Shown here: piece by piece, positions 14,240 to 25,347 of the stretch
Numbering within the stretch: position 1 is the stretch's first letter
Layout: each line of letters starts with the position of its first letter
Assembly: GCF_036321535.1 (NCBI RefSeq)
Contig: NC_087436.1
Coordinates: 66,466,001 to 66,526,000, forward strand
Length of the DNA stretch: 60,000 bases
Direction: 5' to 3'
Source: Camelus dromedarius
Lineage: Eukaryota
The notes under the pieces: generated by a model
What the model was told of the DNA's origin: nothing
The model's database searches: none
Seen by the model: the letters and a program-made list of their open reading frames with translations, nothing else
Position numbers and translations under genes: made by a program

Positions 14240-15275
14240 TTTTTATATATTTATCTTAGAACAATTTTAGATTTATAGAAAAACGGCAAAAGAGGAATAA
14301 AGACAAAATAAAGACTGCAAATGTACTGTACACCCAGTTTCCCTTGTTAATACCTTATATTAGTATGGTATATTTGTTACAATTAATGAACCAATACTGA
14401 TACATTATTATAATTAATTAAAGTGTATACTTTATTCAGACTTCTTTAATTTTTACTACTCTCTTTTGTCTGTTTAATTATCCCACTGAGGGTAACACTG
14501 TGCATTTAGTTGCCATGTCACAAAGCTAAGGCTCCTATTGACTGTGGTAGTTACTCAGACTTGTTTTTGTTTTTTTGTTTTTTGCTGGATCTCTAAGTTC
14601 TTTGATTTTTTTTAACTTTTTTTATTGAGTTATAGTCATTTTACAATGTTGTGTCAAATTCCAGTGTAAATAAAGCACAATTTTTCGGTTATACATGAAC
14701 ATACATATATTCATTGTCACATTTTTTTCTCTGTTAGCTACCACAAGATCTTGTATATATTTCCCTGTGCTATATAGTATAATCTTGTTTTTATCTATTC
14801 TACATATGCCTGTCAGTATCTACAAATTTTGAACTCCCATTCTATTCCTTCCCACCCTCCTCCCCAGACTTGTTTTTGATGACATTCACAGATTTAAGGA
14901 ATACTGGTCAAGGGTTTTGTAGAACATACTTCAATTGGGATTTGTCTGTTGGTTTTCTCATGATTTGCCTTATTCTGGATTTTTGGAAGGAAGACCACAA
15001 AGGAAATTTGCCATTCTTATTACATCATATCCAGAGTATATACTATTAATATGACATTGCTGTTAATATTGACCATATTGAGCACCTGGCTGAGGTAGTA
15101 TTTGTCAGGTTTCTCCATTGTAAAGTTATTCTTTTTCCCTCTCTTACATACTATACCCTTTGGAAGAAAGTCACAATGTGCAGCTCACACTTGCATAGTT
15201 GACACTAATGATGGCAGGTTTCTATATAAATTATTTAGAAATCTTCTCGACTGGAGACTTGTATCTATTCTTCCC
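14240..15275 (-). mobile_element. Old L1 3' UTR (L1MB/MC-like), interrupted by a younger L1 at 14570-14864
   Basis: ttttagatttatagaaaa...cacccagtttccc...tgatacattatta, resuming after the insert with gaatactggtcaagggttttgtagaa...cacctggctgaggtagt. Confidence 0.75.
14570..14864 (-). mobile_element. Young 5'-truncated L1 insertion with 14-bp TSD and apparent 3' transduction
   Basis: TSD CAGACTTGTTTTTG at 14556-14569 and 14865-14878. The L1 3' UTR at 14606-14864 closely resembles 25016-25245, with an extra 22 bp between two T-tracts. Confidence 0.9.
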
Positions 15276-15279
15276 ATTT

Positions 15280-17290
15280 ATTTTTTTTTATTGTGGTAAA
15301 ATATGCATAACATACATTTTGCCATTTTGACATTTTAAAATATTTAGTAGCATCAACTACATTCACATTGCTCTGCAACCATCACCACCATTCATCTCCA
15401 GAAACTTTTTCCGTCTTCCCAATCTGAACCTTCATACCTATTAAACACTGACTCTAAATTCTCTTTCCCCAGTCCCTGATAACCACCATTCCACTTTCTC
15501 TATGAATTTGACTACTCCAGGTACCTCATATAAATGGAATCATATAATATTTGTCCATTTGTAACTAGCTTATTTCACTTAGGAAAATATCTTCAAATTT
15601 CATCTGTACTGTAGCATGTGACAGATTTTTTTCCTTTTTAAGGCTGAAAAATATTCCATTCCATGTATATAGCATGTGTTACTTATCCCTTCATCTGTCA
15701 ATGAACAGTTAGGTAGGTTTCACCTTTTGGCTATTGAGAATAATGCTGCTATGACCACGGGTGCACAAAAATCTGTTTGAGTCACTACTTTGGATTCTTT
15801 TGAGTATGTACCCAGAAGTGAAATAGCTGGTAGTTCTACATTAACTTTTTTGAGAAATTGCCATACCGTTTTCCATAATGGCTGCACCATTTTATGTCCC
15901 CACCAGTAGTACACAAGGACAAGGGTTCCATTTTTTCCACTTTCCTACCAACACTTACTTTCTTTATTTTTTAGCAATAGGGGTGTCCATATATGTTAAT
16001 TAGTATCCCATTATGGTTTTGATTTTCCTTTCCCTCATTTCCCTGATGATTAGTCACACTGAGTATCCTTTCATGTCCATTTTGGCCCTCTGTATATCTT
16101 TTTTGGAGAAATGTCTCTTTTAAGTCCTTTGTTCATTTTTAAATTAGACTGTTTAGTTTTGTTGTTCTTATTATTGAGTTGTAAAAATTCTTTATATATT
16201 CTGGCTATTAATTCCTATCATTTACATGATTTGAAAATATATTCTTCTGTTCGTTGGGTTACTATTTCACTTTGTTCATAGCATCTTTTGGTGCACAGAA
16301 AAAATTTTAATTTTGGTGAAGTCAGTTTATCTATATTTTTTCTTTTTTAGCCTCTGCTTTTTGGTGTCATAGCCAAGAAATCATTGCCAAATCCAATACC
16401 ATAAAGTTTCCCCTATGTTTTATTCTAAGAGTTTTATAGTTTTAACTCCTACATGTAGGACTCTGATCCATTTTGAGTTAATTTTTGTATATGGTGTAAC
16501 ATAAAATTCCAACATCTTTCTTTTACCTGTGGATATCTAGTTTTCCCAAACACCGTTTATTGAAAAACTTGTCTTTTTCCCATCAAATGGTCTTGACACC
16601 CTTGTTAAAAATCATTTGGCCATTTATGCAAAAGCTTATTTCTGGGCTCTCTATTCCTTTCCATAGGTCTGTATGTCTGTCTTTATGCCAATACCACATT
16701 GTTTTGATTACTATAGCTGTCCAGTAAGTTTGAAATCAGCGAGTGTGAGAGGTCCAGCTTTGTTCTTTTTAAGGATTGTTTTGGCTTTAGGGGGTTCTTT
16801 GAGATTTCATGTGAATTTTAGGGTGAGTTTTTCTCTTTCTGCAGAGATGTTGATATTTTGATAAGGATTGCATTGAATCTGTAGATGGCTTTGGTTGGTA
16901 CTGACATCTTGATAATAATATTAAGTCTTCCAATCCATAAATACTAAAGATCTCTCCATTTATTTATGTTTTCTTTCATTTCTTTTAACAACATTTTGTA
17001 GTTTTCCATGTGCAAGTTCTTTGCCTCCTTGGTGGTTTGTTCCTAAGTATTTTATTCTTTTGATGCTATTGTAAATTGGATTGCTTTTCTTAATTTCCTC
17101 TTCAAGATGTTTGTTGTTAGTATAGAAAAATACAACTGATTTTTACATTTTGCATTTGTTTTCTGCAGCTTTGCTGAATTTGTTTATTAGTTCTAACAGT
17201 GCAATCTTCAGTGTTTTCTACGTATAAGATCATGTCATCTGTGAAGAGATATAATTTTACTCCTTCCTTTCCAATTTGGATGCTAGGTTC
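15280..17290 (-). mobile_element. ~2 kb 5'-truncated L1 (L1MA/MB-like), ORF2 C-terminal part plus 3' UTR, degraded
   Basis: ORF remnants VQPLWKTVWQFLKK (15720-15914) and IQIGKEGVKLYLFTDDMILYVEN (RT motif region, 17117-17359). Poly(T) at 15280. Confidence 0.9.
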
Positions 17291-17309
17291 TTTTTTAAAG
17301 TTTATTTTT

Positions 17310-17420
17310 AAAAAGAGAAAATGAGGTTCAAAAGTGTTCAGTGACTTGCCTGAGCTCACCCTCTAACAGGTGCTAGAGTTCCAACTTGCCCTAGAGATGG
17401 AGCGACTTGCACTACTCTGT
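17310..17420 (-). mobile_element. MIR core fragment
   Basis: gagaaaatgaggttcaaaagtgttcagtgacttgcctgagctcac. Confidence 0.65.
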
Positions 17421-17699
17421 ACTGTCCCCTACCATCTCCATCTTCTGGTCATTCCTGTGTGACAGCTGAAGTTTCAAGACAAAAAGTGGCCTTGTTTGAC
17501 CTCAGCCGGGCACATGCACATGCACATCTGGTGACTCAAAATTTTCCAAGGTCTCTGAGAATTACTGCACAAACACCTTGAGCATTAATTTGAGGGTTAC
17601 AAATAAATGTGAATAGTGAGGCTTGACAGTTTATGTATCTGATTTGAAAAAAGTAATTTTTAAAAATCCATCTGACAATTAGCATTAGAATGATACACT

Positions 17700-17830
17700 T
17701 TTTTAAACAAGTATTTACTGAATCCTGATATGAATCAGGCTGTCTGCTGGGTTTTAGAGATGTAAAGATGAAGAAGTTATGGCTTCTGGTCTCTGGCAGC
17801 TCATGATTTAATATGGGAGAAATAAGTACA
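17700..17830 (-). mobile_element. L2 3' end fragment
   Basis: aacaagtatttactgaatcct...tgctgggttttagagatgtaaagatgaa. Confidence 0.55.
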
Positions 17831-17859
17831 AAGAGAAACGACACAATGCCATGAGTATG

Positions 17860-18330
17860 TGCTTCAGTTAGAATGATTTCAGTTTAAAAAAAAAAAAACT
17901 TAAAACCCAATTCAAGTGGTTTTGAACAACAAGGAATTTATTGTTTTATATAATTGAAAATATCTTGAGAAAGCTTAATTTTAAAGCATGGCTTGATCAT
18001 ATATCTGCCTCTGTTTCTTCTTGTCATTTGATTACCTCTACCTTTTGTTGTGTTTTGACTAAAACCTCAGATAGTTTTCTTTTTGATAATAAAGTTTCTA
18101 GAACAATTGGAGTCTCACATCTGTACACCAAACTGTTCAAAGCAAGAATAAGAAAATTTTCTTTCCTCATCCTTAGAACTAAAACAATCTTGAACTGTAA
18201 TTTGGGACTCCATCAGAGCAATTGCCATGAATGGAATACTGAGATAGCTCCCAGTGAATCACACAAATCAGGACCCATCCCAGGAGATGGGGATGGGGTT
18301 ATTCACACCCAACACACTAAAAAACATATT
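17860..18330 (-). mobile_element. Old MLT1 (K/L-like) LTR relic
   Basis: tcagttagaatg...aaaacccaattcaagtgg...ggaatttattgttttatataattgaaaa. Confidence 0.5.
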
Positions 18331-19424
18331 GTGTGAGGATGGAGTCATGCTAAGTGCACTCACCAGGTACACACTAGTACTTGACAGAAACAGGTATAAT
18401 GTAATTTGGAAGGTCAGAGGAGTACAGAGCATTGTGCATTTAATTTTTTCATATAAAAATGTTGAAGTTACAGTAAGGATGTCTCCTACAGGATTAATCC
18501 TATCAAATGGAAAAAAAGAAAGGAATTGCATATAGGAGGAAACTTAGTGATAATCACTCCCAAACTTGTATTGTTGTAATATTATGTGAAATAAAATAAT
18601 AGAAACCTTCATACAGAGTTGTCTATAAAGGCTGTAAAAGCACTGAAGAGATTTTTAAATTTCATATTAACTATTTTGTTCTATTCTGGCTTTGATTTGT
18701 TTCTTATTAGGTTCAGATACATATTAAGGACCATGCACTGTATTTCAGTGAAATACAATGTGCATGTTAGAATGATCTATAAGAGAGGATATGAGAATAT
18801 ACCTAAAATGTTGTCAAGTCTGGCTCATTTAGCCATTCATCTTGTTGCTTGGATGAAATACAGATAGACTAAAATGTGATGAAAACTAATATATTTAAAG
18901 CTGTTGTTGTAAAAATTTAAATAGAAAGAATGGGGACAATATAAGGGCATAATCATGAAATATAACCAGATTCCAGTAGACTATTTCTGAATAGTGAGAA
19001 CATTATGGAGTAAAATAAGCCTAATAGAACTTTTTATTGCATTTTTTCTAGTTCATTTTCTTTACTGAGTTCTCATTCATACAGGCAACTGGTTCTTTTT
19101 ATTATTAACTAATGGATCCACTTGGCATTTTATACTACTATAATCTACCCCAAGATTACAAAATAGATTATTGCTTTAATACTAGCAAATTTTAACTGTT
19201 TAGCAATTTGTAGTAGCAGTTCTAAAACCAAAGCAATGAGAACAGTAGAAGATAACTCTTTTCAGGACATTTTTTTAAGATAACAATAACTAAGAGACCA
19301 ATAGGAAAACCATAAAATTTTCAAAGAAAAATTCTTGAGGAAACTTTATTGACATTAATACTTCAGTTTCAAAATCACAGTAAAAATGCCGTGTTTGTTG
19401 TAATGATCCAGTTTGGGATTCTTC

Positions 19425-19850
19425 AAATATTTTATTAGGAAAATTTTTAAACATAAAAGTTGAGAAGATTTTACACTGAACACTCATATATTTGTCACTT
19501 AGATTCAAGCATTAACGTTTCACTAGACTTGCTTTGTATGCGTATCTATCCACTTATCTATCCCAATTTCCATCCATTATTTTATGTGTCTTTTTGAGAC
19601 ATTTCAAAATAAGTTACAGACATCCACACAGGCTACCCTGAAATTTTCAGTATACATATCATTAACTAGGTTTAAAAATATTGCTTCGTAAAACTTACAT
19701 ACAATGAAATGCATAAATATTAAGTGTACCATTTAAGAAGTTTTAACATATAAATATATCTATGCAATAAGTTTTAACATACAAATAAATCTATGCAAAC
19801 TAACCCTATCGAGGTATAGAACATTGCCATTAATCCAGAGCACTCTCTCA
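19425..19850 (-). mobile_element. Old L1 3' end fragments (L1MC/MD-like)
   Basis: tttttattaggaaaatttttaaacata...catttcaaaataagttacagacat, and acatacaatgaaatgcata...agaacattgccattaatccaga. Confidence 0.6.
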
Positions 19851-19864
19851 TCTTCATTTCTTAA

Positions 19865-20352
19865 AATTAGCAAAGCTTGAAGGTATATAGGACAAAGTCT
19901 GGGAGAAACAAGGCACACACTTCCAGGTGTCCTTTCCCAGTGGAGTTACCTGGATATGGCTAATTGTCCCAGCAGTATGTGTGAGAAGACATGTGAAATC
20001 TCACCAGTCAAACTAACCAACCCAAGCCTTGGTGTCCAGGAATTTTGGGGGGGATCTGTCATGAAGGCATGAAGCACCTGCATAACCATTTCAGCTGTTT
20101 AGATTCCAGACCCCCAGAGAAAGACATGCATTCATCATATATTATATGGTAAGAATAAACTATTTAATCATATTTGTACAACTTGGCCCAAAATGTCAAG
20201 CATACAAAAATGCTCTTCTGGAACAGAGTATTCTAATGGATCAGAGCCCATTTCCCAGGAGCCAGCCCGAGGCCATTCCTGAAGATAGGAATTTGTAATG
20301 AACGTGCAGGGTTTGAGCAACCCAGACCTGTCAATGAATCCTTTCCTACACA
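19865..20352 (-). mobile_element. MER21/MER77-group LTR
   Basis: ttccaggtgtcctttcccagtggagt...agccttggtgtccagg...cagggtttgagcaacccagacctg...ttcctacaca. Confidence 0.65.
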
Positions 20353-21450
20353 TTTTCCCATTGGATTGCTTCAGTGCCTTGTCAATAATGAAATGACTTA
20401 TAAAAATGTGGATCTATTTTTGAACATATCCTATTCTGTTGCTCTATTTGTTAGTCCTTATACTAAGTGACACACTATTTTGGTTCCTATAGCTTTACAT
20501 TAAGCCTTGAAATCAGTTCTTGTAAGTCATTCAACCATGCTGTTTTTTTTTCAAGATTTCTTTCAATATTATAGAACTTTGCATTTCCATATATATTTGA
20601 AAATCACTTTGTAAATTTTTCTACATAGTCGTTTTATGGTTTCTATCTCTCTGTTGTGATTTCCTAACTTTTTATTCATTCCAAATATATTCTTTTATAT
20701 CATTCAACATAGTTATTTTAAAATTTGTATGTTAATTCCAACATCTGTTTTATCTTAGTGTCAGTCTTGGTTGACTGTATTTTCTCTTAAAAATGGAAAA
20801 AATGTTATTTTTTTCTTCATATTTTGAAGTGATTTAGGATGCACTGGAGATTCTAAATGTTATGTTTTAAAGATTATGGATTTTGTAGTATTCTTCTGAA
20901 GTTTTTTTTTTTCCATTTACTTTGCAATTTACTTAGTGAAACCACTCTGCAAAATCTGTCTTTGAATGGTAGCTCCAGTCTTGTTTGAGTTATTTTACCC
21001 TAGATGAAATGCTTGGAGTCCAGTACACAGAGTCATTGTTCTATAAATATGAGCATAGTTTCTAGCCTCAATTTGGTGTTCTCCATTTCTTGCTTTTTCT
21101 TCTACAATATGTGCCCTCACTTACTAACAGCTATAGCTGTCTCAGAATCTTCCCTCTGGTCTGTCTTTCAAATCATCAAGACTATTCATTTTCTATTGAA
21201 GTTTTAGCCACTATACATGACACAGTCTTGAACTGCCTTCAGTATAATAGCCAGAGTAAATTAAAGACTCTGTGTCATTCCATTCTTCCAAGTGTAGACT
21301 ACTCCCCAGGATCTGTTCATTTTGGGTCATTTCCAATGCCTTTGGGTAGTCTTTCTTTTTGTTGCATTTTGTACAGTATTCATATTTATTATCTGCAGAG
21401 GATAATTCAGATAGGAGCTAACTTGGCCATTACCAGAAACAAAACTACCT
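20353..21450 (-). mobile_element. Ancient L1/HAL1 fragments
   Basis: ctatagctttacattaagccttgaaatcag...tttgcatttccatata is reverse L1 ORF2, followed by degenerate ORF1/5'-type T-rich sequence. Confidence 0.5.
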
Positions 21451-21609
21451 TTGGAATTTAAGACTACAAATGGTGAATAATCTGTTTAGATGACTGACTT
21501 TTTAGCAAAAATCCCTGTAGATGTTTTGGAAGTGATATTTCATAATCTGTATTACTGAGGTTTGAAATATATTACAGTAAATCTTGTCTTTAAAAAGATA
21601 GTCTAATGA

Positions 21610-23400
21610 TTTTTACATTCATTTGATGCCCAATCTCACTCAAAACCCTACTAAAATGAGAGTAAATGATTAAATTGCATAATCGTGCTCAAATACAAAG
21701 AGAAAGGGAAATGCAGAAAATGGTTTGCAACAAAAGTTTGAAAAATAGAAAGCTGGTGGTTTAAAGTTAACTAGAAAAAAGATGCATACACATTGGGATG
21801 TTAACAACAACAACAAAAAAAGAACTGAAGTTGCTCAAAACTTTCAGCCATTGTAGATCCCAAATAACTGTTACAAGACAGTGGTAGAGCTGAAATGTAG
21901 AGGTTGCTGAAACTATAAAGTTAAGTTTGATAGTTCTCTATCCCCTCCCTTACTTCTTCAGCTGACAGGGTAACTTCCCTTTTCAAGAAAGAGAAAAGAA
22001 GCTTAATTTCTGGGGAAAAATTTGAACCAAAGGGTCTCCAAATACAGGATATCAGACACAGTGCACATAAAGAACAGCTGTCATAATGAAAAAAAAAAAG
22101 TTAGATTAGGCAAAAGACTACAGCCTAAAAAGAAAGAATTCCAGCTTTCTTACCATACTTAGCTCTAAGAATGCTAGAAGTCAGGTGGGCTAACACACAA
22201 GATCAGGTTGTCATATTAGACTCATACGAATCAAATATTTTTACCTAATATCAAGAGTTAGCAAATACTTTGAATGATATAACCAATAAAAAGCTCAGAC
22301 AAGGCAATGAGATATCTGGGATATCAAGAGTAGCATCCCAAATTCTTCCTGTCCAGTCCACGACACTCGGATCCAAAATACGTGAGATCGCTGTGTGAGA
22401 TTCACAGGGTCACCCACACAGAAGGAATATTTAAATAATCACAAATCTCTGTATTTCCCCACAAATACGTAATCCATGTGACATCCTCCAGAGACCAATG
22501 ATTCATAAATTCTCCATTATTATTTACTATAGATAATCTTTAGCTAGGGACATCCTGTTAAGGACTTTTTATAGTGAAGTTCTCCTATTCCTAGTATCAT
22601 TAGTCTGTTTACTCAGAATTCAGATTGACAAGGAGATTAGACCAGGTCACTTGCCTTCTTTTTTTTCCCCCAGGGACACCTCTTTAGTAAAGAAAGTTGA
22701 TAGATTGCAGGCTTCTTCCTTTCATAGGATTTTCTCAATGACTTCCTTCATGAGAGAGCCATTCACAGGCCCAACCTATTCCTATCAACTTCTGACCAGT
22801 ATCAAAGACATTTATCTTAAACCTCAATGGAGGTTTCCAGATCATCATTAGGGAAAAATCTAACAGAGGACACCAAAAACCAAACAATTGAAAAGAAAAA
22901 TTGAACTGAATTGTAAACAGAGGAATCAAGTGGGTCAGGGGAAAAAAAGGGTTAGAAAAATACTCAGAGATAAGTGGAGATACTTCACTGAGAAACAATA
23001 CTGGGATGCATAATACAATAGTCAGAAAATAAGAAATATCTTTAGAAACTAAAAACATTATTCTATAATTTAAAAAATCAGTAGAAGAATCAGAAGACAA
23101 AGTTTATAAATTGTTCAAAAGGCAGAACAAACAGAAAAAATATTGGAAAATATCATGTAAAATCTACTGATCCAGTAACAAGATAGTCAGAAATTAAGAA
23201 CATAGGAAAAAGGTAGAATGTCATAATTAAATAAATAACACAAGAACTTTTCCCCAAAATAAAAAATATAAATCACCCAATCAAAAAAATTAATGAAAAG
23301 AATTCTTAATCAGGATTCCTTAAGTGTTTAAAATACTAGGATTAATGAAGAGATCTTTAAACTTTCCCCAAAGAATACATATAGGACAAATATAATGGAT
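21610..23400 (+). mobile_element. Ancient L1M/HAL1 5' and ORF1 region, split by a non-repeat insert at about 22185-22850
   Basis: aaaaccctactaaaatgagagtaaa...caacaaaagtttgaaaaatagaaagc on the left. A-rich ORF1-like aaaaatcagtagaagaatcagaagacaaagtt...aataacacaagaacttttcccc on the right. Confidence 0.55.
22171..22851 (+). other. Decayed 226-codon reading frame of non-repeat origin (candidate endogenous viral element or retrocopy)
   Basis: One frame without frameshift has only 4 stops (22246, 22396, 22432, 22534), and the last 104 codons are open. Composition differs from the A-rich L1 flanks. Confidence 0.5.
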
Positions 23401-24289
23401 CAGTGTCAAAAATCAGAACATTAATAAGTCATTGAGTAAAATAATAGCATTTTCAGGTACTAAAGTATAAAACCTAACTTTATATTAACAGGCTACATAA
23501 CTAGAATATATAATATACATGAAGAAAGGCTTCAAGTAAAACAGTTAAAAAATATGGAATCCTGAAATTTTGTATCCAGTCAGAAGAGAGATGAAGGAAT
23601 TCCAAAGATGATTATGAGGGAAGTCCCAGGATGATGATGAATAGTAAGCCTGGAAACTCCAGTCAGACTGGAGTAAGATGATGAAAGATTTCAAGGGGTG
23701 CAGGGTTGGGTTGGGTTATGGTGAAGATCTGAGGAAATGACCCTATGAAGAACAATTGGGTAAGAAAATTGATAAGTGGGTGGAAAAATAAGAAAGCAAA
23801 AAGAAAAGCATCAAATAACTTCAGAAGAAATAATATAAAAGATGAAAGCAGAATACATTACGCACCTTGTGTCTGAATTAGTATTTACACAGGCATAAAT
23901 TTTATTAAAATGTTCATTCTACAAATAATACTGACTAAACCAGTTAGAATGTAATTAGAGAATTGTAGTATTGGAAATTGAAAGGAGTTTGTGTCTGCAT
24001 GTTCTCTTTCCATCCACCTCTCAACTCATGCAGGTTTGATTTTGTTGTTCCTTCAAGTACATATTATTTTATTCATCATAGTTTCTTTATCAGCAGTTAT
24101 TACACCATACTGTAGTAACATAATTATATGTCTGTCTCCCTGAGTAAGTTGTAAGCCCTATGAATGGCATGATTTATTAATTATCTTTGCCTTATGTAAC
24201 AGACTATCTTTCATACAGTGGACTTGGATAAATACCTAAAGAATGTGTGAATGAATTAACATGTTAGTGTGTCTTAATAGTATGTTTAC

Positions 24290-24347
24290 CTCTAACTTGT
24301 TTTTTTCAAAGAAAAAATGGATTACATCCTGAAGCTTAAAATACTAT
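24290..24347 (-). pseudogene. Candidate decayed 58-bp exon
   Basis: Acceptor tatttcattgtag and donor GAG|gtaaac. The phase-2 start continues the 24459-24536 exon as G*YFKLQDVIHFFFEKNKLE and ends in phase 0. Confidence 0.35.
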
Positions 24348-24458
24348 CTACAATGAAATACATACAATTAATATTTACTTCTGAATAGTGTAGAGAATTT
24401 GTACATGCTTAAAAGTAACAATAACTTGGGCAATTAAAAAATTCTGAATAAAACTTAC

Positions 24459-24536
24459 CCTGAAATTATAAAATGAAAAACTTTCTCTAATATGTTTCTT
24501 TCAAAAGATTCTAATACTGTCTTCATTCTTCCTTTC
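24459..24536 (-). pseudogene. Candidate 78-bp exon of an unidentified gene
   Basis: Acceptor ctaatctttccactag and consensus donor CAGG|gtaagt. One open frame reads KGRMKTVLESFERNILEKVFHFIISG. Confidence 0.45.
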
Positions 24537-24549
24537 CTAGTGGAAAGAT

Positions 24550-24595
<46 letters not shown>
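24550..24595. repeat. (GATA)n microsatellite, about 11 units
   Basis: Perfect agat tandem array. Confidence 0.95.
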
Positions 24596-24596
<1 letters not shown>

Positions 24597-24954
24597 AAAA
24601 TAATAAAACAAATTTGGAGAAATTTGAAAGCATATTGCTTCTCACTTTTGTCCCATAGCTCCACCTATTGCAACATATCCATATTCTGATCTCAATCCTT
24701 AATTTCTTCTGAGAAAATGAATTGATATAGTGGAGACAGTCAATGAGCTGTTCAGGAAAACATGTTATTCATTTTCTTAAATGAAGCTGCTAAAGCTAAT
24801 AAGATCAATCATTTTATATAAATAAACTTAATAATTTCTCTGAGTCATTAAAATTATATCAGGAAAGAAAAATGAAACCTCCTAAGTTAATAGAACAAAC
24901 ATGTTTAGAATAAAATGTTATAAAATGAATTTTGTCTGATTTACATAAAATATA

Positions 24955-25015
24955 TTGTCACAAATTGGATTTTCCAAAAGCAGATACTGAAGTGGAGTAT
25001 GATGTGCAAAATTTT
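24955..25015. mobile_element. Left part of an old LTR relic split by the full-length L1; continues at about 32101-32150
   Basis: Removing the L1 rejoins cagatactgaagtggagtatgatgtgcaaaattttgtataggattcaaaccctgtgaaagg, resembling an ERVL/MaLR LTR terminal motif. Confidence 0.5.
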
Positions 25016-25347
25016 TTTTAACATTTTTTATTGATTTATAATAATTTTACAATGTTATGTCAAATTCCAGTGTTCAGCACAATTTTTCAGTCATACATGG
25101 ACATACACACACTCATTGTCACATTTTTTTCGCTGTGAGCTACCATAACATTTTGTGTATATTTACCTGTGCAATACAGTATAATCTTGTTTATCTATTC
25201 TACAATTTTGAAATCCCAGTCTATCCCTTCCCATCCTCCGCCCCCCTGGCAACCACAAGTCTGTATTCTCTGTCTATGAGTCTATTTCTGTCCTTTATTT
25301 ACGCTTTGTTTTTGTCTGTTTGTTTGTTTGTTTTTGTTTTTGTTTGT

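Noticed and set aside
17941..18535. Overlapping 131-, 93- and 87-aa ORFs
   Set aside because: Overlap an old MLT1 relic, with random-like composition.
22260..22800. Minus-strand frame of the foreign insert with loose resemblance to rhabdovirus L (ICDYLNIPSV...YF...LDR)
   Set aside because: This frame has many more stops and can be aligned by eye to two different parts of L, which suggests chance. The plus frame is more parsimonious, but both should be searched.
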